From positions 32,242,001 through 32,306,000 of the forward strand of contig CM097885.1 of assembly GCA_044892525.1 (NCBI GenBank): a stretch of DNA of 64,000 nt. Direction: 5' to 3'. The position numbers and the translations under genes are program-made. Below the pieces are notes generated by a model. It was not told the DNA's origin. It saw only the letters and a list, made by a program, of their open reading frames with translations, and did no database searches. Every line of letters starts with the position of its first letter. The first letter of the stretch is position 1. The DNA comes from Schmidtea polychroa. Its lineage: Eukaryota. Positions 10,601 through 23,350 of the stretch are shown here, piece by piece.

Positions 10601-12063
10601 ATATTAGCATTTTTCTTGTGTGGCATTTTTATTAAAGCAGGTTGATTCTTACAACAGAGTCTCTCATGTTTAATAGCAGCAAGTTTTGAAGTTGAATGAT
10701 ATAAACATCTTTTACAACATATGCCTCCACGAATGAGTGTGTTTCCTTTCATAAAACTTTGAAAATTCTTTATTAAGATATAATGAAGTTTTTTATCTAA
10801 CATAGTGCCTCCGGACGCAGTGCTTTCTGCTTCTGGTTCTAATGAAATGCCTTCTTCTGCTTCCATAACCTTCGGGTGAATACTTTGAACCTCTTCACCA
10901 TATTCTTCTCCATCAAACTCTTCGTCTGCTTTACCTTCTTCTAATATTAAAAGATCTACTTCTCTCTTTTCATCTGAGATTTCCATATTAGAAATGTAAA
11001 TAGGAATAATTTGTTTATAATTTTTATTTTTTCTAGTTTTTGTAATTTTGGTTGGAATGAATTGATAAATATTAATTTTAAGATTATTTAATTTTTCAAA
11101 TGCTGGAACATCTTCAATTTTCATTGGGTGGGAAAAATCTTTTGGATATATTAATTCAGATTCATATTCTTCATATTTTTGAACTCTCTGTGGGTTAGTT
11201 GCTTGAGGATGTAAGTGTGCAAGTATTGACCATTGAAAACATTTATTATCTTTATTCTGTACATTTATAACATGGTTGGAGGTGAATGGTGTATGAATAA
11301 AAGATTTAGGATTTGGTGGTGCACCTCTCCAGTATTCAATCTCTATGTTTTGAAAAGAGTGGAATCTTAAATTAGATTCTCCTAGTTCTTGTTCCACCTG
11401 TTCTTGTTTTTCTTCCAATTCTTTAGCTATATCATTAACAAGTTTATTTCCTGCTTTTGTAGAAAATAAATATTTATATGAGGTTTCAATTTTTACATCT
11501 AGAGGCATTGCGATCGAATCATCTCCTCTCCAGTATTTTGCATTTCCTGTAAATTTAACTTTTATAACATTAAATCTTGATCTACCAAATTTTTTTATAG
11601 CATCATCCATTGATGATATTATTTTTTTTTTATTTTCTCTTATATATTGCATGATTGATCTGGGTCCTCGTTTTACTTCTGCAATTACATCGGTGTGATT
11701 GAAGTCATCCCAATTAAACTCTAGTTTTTCAGCTTTTTCAGTCATTGAGTTTGAATCAGAATCTTTTGCTTCAAGACCACAATCTTCTATGTGTCTTAAG
11801 TAAAAAGATTTTATCCTCATCTTTTTTCCACATGCTGAACATTCGAATATTTCTCTGTTTTTAGGAACTCCAATACAATTTTTAAAATGTTTCTTATAAC
11901 CTGAAAATAAATATCTATCCTTACATTTAGTACAGATTTTGGAATTAGTGTCATCTAGTGTGTTAGCTTTTATTAAATGGTCTTTTGATTTTTTATGAGA
12001 TGTTAAAGCAGTTTTATTTTTAAAATATTTTTCACAAATTTCACAATTGAAAATAGCTTCCAT
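7678..12063 (-). CDS. Intact protein-primed family B DNA polymerase (1461 aa)
   Basis: N-terminal Zn fingers, DFE exonuclease I, CWMC..DHDH..YRGAAH..CN insertion, HNLFGYD, KGIYPY, KLLNNAVFGK, DTDS, KGI and DDKR. Confidence 0.97.
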   Translation of the reverse strand: MEAIFNCEICEKYFKNKTALTSHKKSKDHLIKANTLDDTNSKICTKCKDRYLFSGYKKHFKNCIGVPKNREIFECSACGKKMRIKSFYLRHIEDCGLEAKDSDSNSMTEKAEKLEFNWDDFNHTDVIAEVKRGPRSIMQYIRENKKKIISSMDDAIKKFGRSRFNVIKVKFTGNAKYWRGDDSIAMPLDVKIETSYKYLFSTKAGNKLVNDIAKELEEKQEQVEQELGESNLRFHSFQNIEIEYWRGAPPNPKSFIHTPFTSNHVINVQNKDNKCFQWSILAHLHPQATNPQRVQKYEEYESELIYPKDFSHPMKIEDVPAFEKLNNLKINIYQFIPTKITKTRKNKNYKQIIPIYISNMEISDEKREVDLLILEEGKADEEFDGEEYGEEVQSIHPKVMEAEEGISLEPEAESTASGGTMLDKKLHYILIKNFQSFMKGNTLIRGGICCKRCLYHSTSKLAAIKHERLCCKNQPALIKMPHKKNANMRFKNYSNLLEALGVVYCDFEAINVKLRRTKTNTVKLTKQLPSAYKMFFKSNYPELVESREYSFRGTSDKETLDHFVETLNNLEHELYIILKSNFPMNFSEEQEEEYKNATHCWMCKQEFEDEESTSELKVPDHDHFKIENNYRGAAHKNCNLNCKKPTHIPFIFHNLFGYDIHLFIKHLAANAKNSFKVIGLTKEKYKSIQYGCFKFLDSLNFLGMSLNGIAKTMNPEDFKYTKEHVLLKNNIPLEEYNTCLAKGIYPYDYIDSFEKYNELLPAQEDFFSVLTQSGISDQEYSRALKMWNLFNCRNLGEYTDMYLSLDVYILADCFETFSKAFELKPYNYITAPSLAWDILLYSIWTDEDIAERNKTIELLVELDMFNVYKHNIRGGISSVQGNREINANNFTTLYPKFFKDTDALYVEITNPEDREEILEGLSNPSEIMYIDATALYAGVMTQYLPIGKFTWEEPTEELIQEILKTPKNSQYGYVIECDLEYPNEIKSRTRFFPFAPVRRKISTEELSDWQMAQDRSPCIKLLCDQTDKTDYLCHYRLLQFYLSHGMVLKKVHSIIKFRQAPFMKKFIEGNILKRNAAKRAGNAFLDMIYKLLNNAVFGKTMENIDKYTRVELLTNTSKDLNRYNRIIGKPTFKNAEIFSSNLIAIEIKNSVKTYNKPIFIGFSILELSKLQMYEAYYDVLVPHFEDRISMHAMDTDSMFLKGYSKDLKKEIREDPTLNKLINNSGELFTFKDEKPNTPITGGVFIRPKQYSLEMKDKPIMKEHTIKFIIEGSVEVDRTFEYPSFPENPKSYKENKSKGIQKSVSKTFTHQEYKDSLNINYKNKIAKTHHLKSEKHNIYLEECNKIAITNYDDKRFILSDLKTTLPIGNDLIPIIKNLDKINEIYILEITDLQLAKVEIQYPEILIPKPLYNQVQNIKPIELKYFNTDPEYIQGLTPEDFKSHKLMLKSITAEIIINQLRLV

Positions 12064-12183
12064 TTTTAAAAGAATTTTTTGGTTGGATACGATGTTTTGG
12101 TTTTGATATTAATTTTTATTAATTTTTAAATCCTTATAACGTTAAATCCTTAAATCCTTTAAATCCTTAAATCCTTAAGACCA

Positions 12184-12429
12184 AGTAGTGAGGAATCTAT
12201 GCACCCCGTTACCTTTTCTCGGAATTACTAATCTATAAATACATCTATTCCGAACTTTTTTACTTTTAAGGGAAGAAATTAAGGGTTAATGGCAATAGGG
12301 GACAAAGTTTAAAAGTTAAAAAAAGTGAAGAATATGGGGTAAAAAAGCATATAAATGTGGAAAATATGGGTCAATAGCGCTGTTATTTTTGAGGGTGGGG
12401 GTGCTGGGGTGCATAGATTCCTCACTACT
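12184..12429. repeat. 246-bp terminal cassette of A2 with perfect 24-bp inverted ends
   Basis: AGTAGTGAGGAATCTATGCACCCC ... GGGGTGCATAGATTCCTCACTACT. Confidence 0.9.
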
Positions 12430-13582
12430 CACGATTAACTGAGTTTATTAATTTTAAAAATCGCTCAGTTGCCAATACTAAACTACTCCATCTAGTCTTT
12501 ATATCTAAGAGCAAACGTAAACAATTTCCCTCATTTTGGCTAGTATATTTTTTTAAAATTTCGCTTCTTAAAGATGATTTTCTAAAGAATTTTATAATTT
12601 TTCTCATTTCATCTATCGCGATTTTATGTGTTGTTCGAAGCTCCACTGTTTCTAGTTCTGAATGTAAAAAATCGTCGTTTTCCAGTTCATCTATTATTTC
12701 ATTAGATTCCGCTTGATCTTCATCATTTTCAAAAAATTCTACATCATCATCTTCGGTAGCATCGACATAACCAGGTTCATTACGTTTTGAGTAAAAAGTT
12801 TCAATGACGGCTAGGTGAAAAGCGTGGTTATAGCATAATTGGCTTTCAGCTGATATGATTTTGCCGTATTTCACCATTACGTTTGCACCATCGTGCGCGG
12901 AAGCAACTATGTCAGAATCAAAATCTACTCCGAATTCTTTCAATCGATTGAATACTAGTTCTTCGGTTTTTTCAGAAGTGCAGCTTTCTATAATCGGAAC
13001 CAAACCAAGAACAATTTGACTCGAAATAGATTGCAGTGTGACATTAAGATATCTTCTTAAAGCGATATCAGTCCATTCATCGACCGTAATTGTAAATTTT
13101 TGTCCTGATTTAATTTTGGCTTCTAAATTATGCTTAGTTTCAGCTTTTTTTTCTTTGAAAAATGTTGGAACGTGTTTTCGAACAGTCGATACGCTGGTTG
13201 GCATTTTGTAATTACGACTGTTTACAAAGCAGCGAATTGCATCGCATTTGACAATTGTACGAAATGGAATACCATCTTTTGTTGCGCATTTCGATATAAT
13301 TTCCTCCAGTGATTCTCTTTCTCTACTGATAAATGTTAACATACCACTAACTTTAGGTATTTTGGATGTGCTTGGTCCTAGCGAATCATCAGCAGAATTT
13401 TGAACATTCCTTTTGGTTTGAGGTTTTAAACTGATATCATGTTTTTTTAAATGATTTATCATTCCAGTTGTGGTACCACCTTTAATGGATATCTTATTCG
13501 TACATAAATCGACTTGACATTGCGCAATTTCTGATGATAATTTTTTGAAATAATCCCAAACTTTCGATTTGTTTGTGGCCAT
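12430..13582 (-). pseudogene. hAT transposase truncated by Polinton A2
   Basis: BED finger (VWDYF..C...C..HL..H), VDEWT, HDGAN, CYNH and TRWSS; the stop codon is supplied by the Polinton end. Confidence 0.92.
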
Positions 13583-14033
13583 TATGGATTAGAGGATATC
13601 TATAAATTATATTTTCGAAATTCAAACAAAATAAAAACAAACCTAATTTTTATACACATAATTATTATTGTAATTAATAATAATACTAACGATGTGTGAT
13701 CTGTGTTCTGTGATGAACGCGTAAAAGTGTAAAATATTTCACTGAATTAAATACAATTTCTTAAACTAGAAAAAAAATCTTACAGTTAAGAAAAATAGTA
13801 TTTTTAATATTTAATTCTTATAATTTTGCTTGCTTAGTTAAGAAAAATAGAAAATATTGAATGTTACTATAGCAACCAATATCATAATTTCTGATATTTT
13901 TTGCTTGAAAAAAAAAATTATATCTAAAGTAACTACTCGGTTACTCGACGAAATTACCCGGTTAACCGAATAATGGAAAATATCTGAAAATAGACAAGTA
14001 CTCGGTTACTCGATTAATCGTTTGGAAACACTA
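12430..14033 (-). mobile_element. hAT DNA transposon, 5' half
   Basis: Transposase gene plus a terminus reading TAGTGTTTCCAAACG on the minus strand from 14033, with subterminal TACTCGGTTACTCGA repeats. Confidence 0.85.
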
Positions 14034-16090
14034 TTTTATTTTGTCTTTTATTATCGGTAATGGGTAGCTGTCAGGCTCTGTTATTTTGTTCAGGAGTCTG
14101 TAATCGCCGCAAGCTCTCCATTCCCCGTTAGCTTTTTGTTTTAGCATCAGTGCTGAAGACCATTCTGAGTTTGAATGTTTTACTATATTATTTTCCAACA
14201 GTTCGTTAAATATATTTTTTGTGATTTCTATTTTTTTGGGATCCAATGGTCTTACTTTTGAGTGGACTGGGTTTCCGTTTGTCAGTATTGCGTGTTCGGT
14301 AGTGTGGTTTGAATTTCCATCGAAAGTTACTGGTTCGCAGAGTTTATCGTATATTTCTGGTACGTGTTCAATAGTTTTAATTGTTTTGATAGTTGGTGTA
14401 CTTGTTTGAATCACGCCGATGTCTACTTTCGAAAAGTTTGATGTTGTGTTCCTGGCTGTTTCTTTGTCTGTTTTGTTGTTTTCGACTATTTTCTTGTTTC
14501 GGCAGTCCACTATTAGGTTGTAATTTGCTAGGAAGTCGGCCCCGATTATTGACTGTTGTACTTCTGCGATTGTGAATGACCAATTGTATTTTTTTGAATT
14601 TATTGTGAGTGTTATTGTATGCTGGCCAAATGTTTAAATTTTGGAGCCATTGGCAGCGGTTAGTGACTTTTCTGTAGTTTTTGCATTTTTGTATAAGTAG
14701 TGTGGTAATAGGGAGATCACGGAACCTGTGTCGATTAGAAAATCTGTATTGTTTGAATGCACCGTGAAAGTATTGTTATTGTCACCAAATGTGGGTGCTA
14801 TCAATGGTGACATTTTTAGTTTTCCTGCTCTGTTTTGTGGAATTCGCAGGGTTTTATGCTTTTATATGCTTTGTCGCCGAATTTGTTATGAAAGTAGCAG
14901 TGGCTTTTGTTTAGGAAATCTTTTCTTGAATCCCTTTCCGGGCTGCTGTTTCGGTAATTGTTGTATCGGTTTGGTGAGTTTGACCGGTTTCTGTAGTGTC
15001 CGTTTGGGGATTGTCTGTGGCTGTAGTTCTGTCTGTTGTTTCCGTTGGGTGGTCGGTCATAGTTTTGTCTGTTGTAATTATATGATAGTTGGTCTGTGTT
15101 GAAATTGTTTCTGTTGAATAGGTCTCTGTTTTCGTTTGGGTTGAAATTTTGCCTGTTGTATTTCTCTTTTATTTTGGCTAGTTCCGCTTTTATTTGTCTG
15201 TTTTCGACAATTATTTCGTCGAATTTGCTGATCAAAGTGTTTATTAATCGGTTTGTTGTTTCATTTGGTTCTGTGTTTTTGTTCGTTGGTTGGATGTTGT
15301 GATTAGTTTTATTTCTGTTGTAGTTTGGGTACTGCAGATTGTGGGGTAGATTTCTTCGTTTATTTTATCCGCTATGTCAGCGAGTCTTTCGACGTCAGCG
15401 TTACTGCTAGCGGCTAGGATTCGTCTAATTTCCGGTGGCATAGCGCGCATGAAGAATTCTTTCACCAATTCGTTGGAACCGGAGTTTGTTATGTTTGGTT
15501 GTAGATACTCCAGTTTTTGTTTTAATTGTCGTAGGAAATCTGTGGGCTTGTTGTCCCCTAACTGTGTATTGTTGAGGCATGACTCTAGCATTTGCCTTCT
15601 GTTGACCTTATTTTTGTTGGTCAATATGTTACAATATGTTACGTCGTCTTTCATCGTATATTTCATCGATTTGATCGGCGATTTCGTTTAATTTGTTGCT
15701 TGGTAGTGCCGCTATTATGTTGGAGCATAAGGATTTTGTTGACTTGACTCCCGATAGCGTTAAGGTTAGTTTCGCGAATTCTAACCATTTTTGCGGTGTT
15801 CCGTTGTCATCTGTGAAATAGTTGGGGATATTTGTTCTTGGGTTGATTATTGAATTAATGGTATGTGTGTTTTCTGGGTTGGTGTTTGGGTTGTAGTAGT
15901 AATTGGTACTTTCAGGTGTTTGAGTATTATCGTAGTTGTTGGGTATTTGTGGAATATTTGTTGGATTTGTTTGATTTGAAGCCATCAATTGTTTTGTTGC
16001 TGTTTTTTTTATTGTTTGTTGTGCAAAGAAAATAGTGGTTTGTTTGAAGGATATGGCCTACTGTGTTCGGCCAACAGTGTCACTAGCCTT
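14034..16090 (-). mobile_element. Degenerate Ty3/gypsy retrotransposon (CsRN1/Kabuki-like): gag, protease and start of RT
   Basis: Frameshifted gag with LGDNKPTDFLRQL and CYFHNKFG....PC; protease FLIDTGS near 14720-14745; RT WSS...WRACGDYRLLN...YPLP cut by the hAT end. The 5' boundary is approximate. Confidence 0.88.
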
Positions 16091-16381
16091 TATAATTCTA
16101 TAATAACTATACTGAAAGGTTTCGTGATTGAAAGAAAACGTCGAATGCGAGTGTCGTGTTGTGTTTGCTTTGCTTCTGACACCAGTTGTTAAGTTAATGT
16201 TGTCTTATGCGTGTTATGAGAAATTTGATGAGCCCGAAAGAGTCACTGATAAAAAACTTGTGGCGGTAAAATCGGGGTGCGTGTTATGTTTGAAAATATT
16301 ATAATTACAAATAAAAATAAAAATAATAATCAACAAAATTCAATTGTTATCACAAGTTTATTAACCAGATAAAAATAATCG

Positions 16382-16557
16382 TACTTGAATCAGTTTCTTG
16401 ATTTACTTTTCTCAATTCTGTTTCTTGAATTAGTTTCTTAATTTACTTTTCTCAATTCTGTTTCTTGAATTAGTTTCTTAATTTGCTTTTCTCAATTCTG
16501 TTTCTTGAATTAGTTTCTTAATTTGCTTTTCTCAATTCTGTTTCTTGAATTACTTTT
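16382..16557. repeat. 40-bp minisatellite, about 4.5 copies
   Basis: Unit TTTCTTGAATTAGTTTCTTAATTTRCTTTTCTCAATTCTG. Confidence 0.9.
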
Positions 16558-19397
16558 CTTATCAAATTTGATTAGCGTTTTTACTTTCAAATTGTAGTTT
16601 TGAAGTTATTTTATTAATCTTTCAATTTTTTTATCGTTTTTTTTCCTATAGCGATAATTTACTATAGTAAATTATCGCTATATAGTTTTTTTTTGAAAAT
16701 CTGGATTTCCCAGATGGTGGAATTTTATATTTTAGTATTCACAATTCCTAATTGTGAACACTAAAATATTAACAAAAATAACTGTACATTACAATGTCCA
16801 TGCCTTTATATCTTTTAACACTTGTAAAATAATTAGATACATAAAATCTCTCATCATCAATCATCGCTCTTTCACCTTAGGTGAATATAGAACTAACATT
16901 TCTCACGATATACCTGGTTATATATGCATTTTATGTGTGTGGTGCGTTTTGTATATGAAGGTTTTCTGTCAGTCTTATCAAAAATCATGGTGCCGACTTG
17001 ACTAGAACAGGAATGTGTTGACTAAACCTGACAAGAACGTGACTGTCGATGGTTTGCTATATTATGGCTTACTTTCCCCTTTTTTCGATGATCGTGTGTA
17101 AACTGGTCTTATTGGCAAATAAATTATTTGTGCACTTGCGTTGCATACGATTATGTTGGAAGCATCTTACTCGAAAAGTTGATCACCGAATCTGCCAACA
17201 TGATCTATCTCTTTTTAGAGCGATTATGTAACTTTCTTTGAGAGTCGAGAAATCCTATTGCACTGGAGTCCACATATTTATCTATTATAATTTATCTTTT
17301 TTTAAAAGAATTTTCACTTGATGGATAAATTTTACTGTGAACGGGAATTTTGCTCTCTTATGGTAAATAGTTGTTCCATTTCTTGTTCTTGAGGGAAAAT
17401 TATTTTTACTGAGAAATATTTACCATAAAAATTGGTCCATCCTTAAATTTTGATCTTTTTTCTATTTGTGGATTAATTTTGAATAAGGCTATATGTTAGG
17501 GATAAATGAACAGTTTTTTAAGTTAATTATTATCATTTAAAATTTTTTGCACAACATTTTTATTGAAGGTCAAATTATTTGTCTTTTTTCATGTGAGAAT
17601 TGACATCAAAATCTTTAAGTGAGAGTCATTCATTTTTCTTTTTATACTTTTTATTCCTTTTATGACTGATTTCATCTTATTTTAGACCTGCTGCGTTATT
17701 ATTTATTAGTGCGATGCTGGAAATCCACATTTTACCCATTCGTGTCGTTTTCGACGTAACCCAAGATACAGCGACCTGTTTAACCATCCGAAACCTTTTG
17801 AGTGATCAATGTTGGTAATGTGTAGCATGGGGGAATACTCACGAGATGTGAGTGTACCGCTGTACACTATGGTCGTCGAGCATTCGAATGGACTCTAGTG
17901 TGACAAACTCTTAATGTTATGTATTGAGACCTTGGAACGGCGAACAAACTAAAATTTGTCGCAGCTCACGATTTCCCCATATTGAATTTACCTCCAACGA
18001 AGCATTCTGCGATTACTTGGCTTAGCTGTTGCAAACATAGCATGGATCTGCATGTGCGTAGCCCATATAGACAACACCAGTTAGTAGCCGTCGTTCACAT
18101 AGGCCACACGAACATTACCGATAAATGACGTAGTAAAATTACTCCAAATAACTGGAGTAGTACAATTAACACTTCACATAGGTTGTCATGTAATATATAG
18201 TTACTGTTTAGCAGTTTGTGAAGTGGTTGTGGGCCGAAGAGGTTGATATCATGCATTGTTAAAAGCAATTTCGTTCTAAGAACACTAAAACATTTTATTA
18301 GAACCAAACTCTATTCAAAGGTGTCAGTCAATCATAATATGATAATACAATAAACAAAAATCCTTACTGCTAATCGGTCAAATTCATACAAATGGGTACA
18401 GATTCAAAAAACGATTAAATTGTAACTGAAACGAGTCAGTATATATAATTTGATTTTGGTGTGTAAGTATGTGTGCATGCATTGATTCAGTAAAACAAAT
18501 TTGAATTATTTTAATTCTACTTAATTTTGGATTTCAATTTTATCAATTTTGATGGCGATTTTTCATAAATTATTATTTTTTTCCTTTTATTTGTTTTTAA
18601 TTAAATTTTCCGCCATGGGATATTCTATGTTGTTTTGGGGATTTATATATTTCATTTTCTAAATTCTTATGTTAATTTTTTTTGCTAATTGTTTTGTTTT
18701 GTTAATTTAATTATTAAATGTTTATTTTTTAGTTAACTTTGCTAAATTACTTGGCAGCCATGATGAATTTCGCTATTTTTATAGAATATTCTAGTTTTTC
18801 TATTTATTCCTATTGTAATCTTTATCTATAATTCATTTTTTAATGTTATTTTGTGAAAATCTTTCTAATTTCCATTCCTACCTCTCCTAATCGTCATTAA
18901 TTCAATTTTGCTTACTTCTGTTATGTATCCATATTGTGTTTGAGTTTGTTTCGTGTACTATTTAAGGCGTTTGTTTGATTTTTCTTTAAACTTTGGTTTA
19001 TTACTTTGGTGTTTTAACGTGTTTCTAATTAAACTCGACTTACTGGTATGTTTGCGTGTAATGTTCCAACGCATTTTGTCACGTTACTTATGCATGTGCC
19101 TAGAGTCAGTTTTTGCCCAACACTAATCTACCTATGTTATGCCAAATTAATGACACTTCAAACTAAGAATGGTATGCCTGAGATTGAGAAACAGAGATCA
19201 TGATGACCAGAAGACATTCAACGCGTTCGAGATCTTGAGACAATCTCTTAACCAAATGCCTCATTACTTTATCTAAAATAAATATAAATTTTAAAAAAGG
19301 AAAATAAAATCTTACACTATTTTAGATTAAAATCCAACCATCTATAAATATTCCACTGACATGAAATGCCACGTTGAACATAATTTTCTTTGAATAT

Positions 19398-20360
19398 TGT
19401 TGGGTTGGTGACAATGTTTGTAAATTCAAACTTTTACTCTGACTCCAAAGCATGTTTATCAATTCACAAATTAACACTATCGAACACGATAAGCTTTATT
19501 AATATTCACACTGGATCGTACAAATTCCAATTACAGCCAATTAGCTCTAAACCAATTTATCACACATAGCTTATTCAGACACTACGTGAAGAATAGCCCT
19601 ATCTGTAATCACAACAATAATCACTAGCCGTCAACTACTCAATTACAGGGTACGTTGATCGATTGTTCTCTTTGCTTTGACCACAAAATTATTTACTCCA
19701 CTTCCACTTTATATTCAATTTTACGAAAAATTATCGTCACTTCTCGTTTCATTCTGTTCTGAACTCTGTTTAATTCTCCCTATAATTGTTCCTTTAAATT
19801 CTCCCTTTGATTCTCCTTTTAAACTCACTAAATTTAACTCTCCTTTCAACTCTCGTTTTCTTCTATCATTGTCTCGATTTTGTCTCTAATTTTTTGTCTG
19901 ATTTCTCGGTCAACAGTTGCGCTTTATATAGCCAGTTTCATTTGTGGCATTAGCGACATATTCCTCTGTATTCCGCACTACGTCAGCCTTATCTCTGACA
20001 GATATCGAGATATGCCCTGTTTTTCCTTTTTTATGTTGTGCCAACTTTTCCTGCCATTTCGCTATCTTTGACAGGCTGTCAAGATACGGCTTTCCCCATA
20101 TTTTTGTTTTTGTGCAATCTGAAATTCCTCCTTTGTTTGTACATTTTAATTAACAATGACCTTTGTTTTAATTTGTTTGTTTTCTTTTCTTTGATTTATT
20201 TTTTTCATTTTTCATTTCTTTTTACTTCCGTTTTCTTTTCTGAGTTAACATAGATCGTCCCTTTGTCATGACAATGTTCCCCAGGTAATTTACTTATTCA
20301 TTATACTATTTATCATTTATGTACTTTTAAAAGAGCTGTGTTATTTATTTGGCATATCAC
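19398..20360 (+). mobile_element. Diverged solo-LTR-like repeat (same family as 57366-58255)
   Basis: Shares GGGTTGGTGACAA...TTACTCTGACTC near the start and TTCCGTTTTCTTTTCTGAGTT...CCCCAGGTAATTT near the end. The end coordinate is approximate. Confidence 0.6.
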
Positions 20361-20766
20361 GTATCTATGAATTGTATGAATTAGGTTTGTACGATAATGG
20401 TTCACCGAAGATTTTATGCAGGAAATGATTGACGACGTGTTTGCTTGTGGGGAATAATAAATGAATATTATTTATTGTTCCAAATGGTCATTCCAACATA
20501 GATTCTAGTATGTATTTTCGTCGCTGGTCCTGTAATCATCAAGCAGGATTGATATTATAAAATCCTTATTGTTTTAGGCTTAAAATAAACCGGTTTTCTC
20601 TTCTATAGCGAATGTTTTAGAGTTTAAAATTTAGGCACATAGATATCCGTTGGCCAGTTGTAAAGGAAAATTGCTTATTTCCAAATTTAGAATACTATGC
20701 GAATTATATTTCGCATATATTTGAAAATCACAAGTAAGTGTAGCCGTTGATGTATTAAACGAATTG

Positions 20767-22054
<1,288 letters not shown>

Positions 22055-22073
22055 AGGTAAACTAAATATTGAT

Positions 22074-22716
22074 TTACATGTATATAGTATGATATTCATT
22101 AATCAGTGTTGAACAGGCTTGACACTTGTGAACATTCTTCTCGTGACACTTAGAACAAACAATTACGTGACCACATGGTAAATACAAAACTGAAACTCGA
22201 TTTTCTTTACAAATTGAACAAGTTAAATATCTTTTCTTAACATCGTTCAGTTTTTTCGTTAGCTTATTTTCAATCAAATCGGCTTTTGCTATCCATTCAT
22301 AAATCAATCTACTATATCCCGATTTCAACCTTAAATACATACAACTCCAAAAGTATTCATTCAGTGAATCGTTGTTTACCGCTATTTTTTCTAAATGCAT
22401 TAAATAACTAGATAACTTTAAAATGGATTTATCATAATTAAATAAATCCCTCAAATATTCAATAGAGGAATGTTTGAAAACTTTTAAAATATTTATGATT
22501 TGCTTATCACTGTAAGTATCATGATTATTTATAAAATCTTCAACTGTGTTGTTAAAAAATTTCAATGAACGCTTATCTTCGGAATAGGTTGGACTTAATT
22601 TTTCCTTATTTCTAGTGGGACTTCCTTGCTATAAATGCCATATATAAAAAATATTGACAAAATAATAAAGTTACCAAATGTGTTACACATTCATCAGTTT
22701 TATTTGTAGAAATCAT
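22074..22716 (-). CDS. IAP-type C3HC4 RING finger protein, spliced (intron 22629-22674)
   Basis: CSIC...LYLPCGHVIVCSKC.....CQAC at the C-terminus. ATG at 22716 joins in frame across a 46-nt GT-AG intron. Confidence 0.8.
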
Positions 22717-22875
22717 TAGTAATAAATTTCTTAATAACTAAATTACTTTTGTTTTTACATTTATAAAAATTGTGATAGCCAATCAAAATAGAGCTTTCAA
22801 AATGTAGAAATTGTAACCATCAAATGTATAACAATAATAATAAGCATGACTAGTACCCTTGCAACCTGTTTAAAG

Positions 22876-23059
<184 letters not shown>

Positions 23060-23350
23060 GTCATTGATATAGCTGCATGCTCACTGCAGACTATATAAAA
23101 ATCACCATTAAATACTTATAAAATTATAATAAAACAACTAACCAAATACTTGAAAAAATTAAAAAAAATTCTGGTTACAAATTTTTATTCAATATGTATA
23201 TATATATAAATACAAGTTTTATTCAATATACAAGTTATAAATACAAGTTTTATTCAATATACAAGTTATAAATACAAGTTTTTTTATACAAGTTTTTGTA
23301 AATCAAAATAAAAGTTTCTTTACAATTTTCACAATTTTCAGTTGTCCTAT

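Larger units (their letters stand above)
3286..12429. mobile_element. Polinton/Maverick copy A2, right-hand part
   Basis: Carries protease, minor capsid and pPolB genes; the ACTACT terminus at 12429 abuts an interrupted hAT transposase. Confidence 0.92.

Noticed and set aside
3040..12429. LTR retrotransposon with 246-bp LTRs
   Set aside because: No gag or RT inside, and homology extends ~3 kb upstream of both repeats, so they are ends of two Polinton copies.
16700..19390. Scattered 60-83-aa ORFs
   Set aside because: No recognisable domains; probably decayed repeats.
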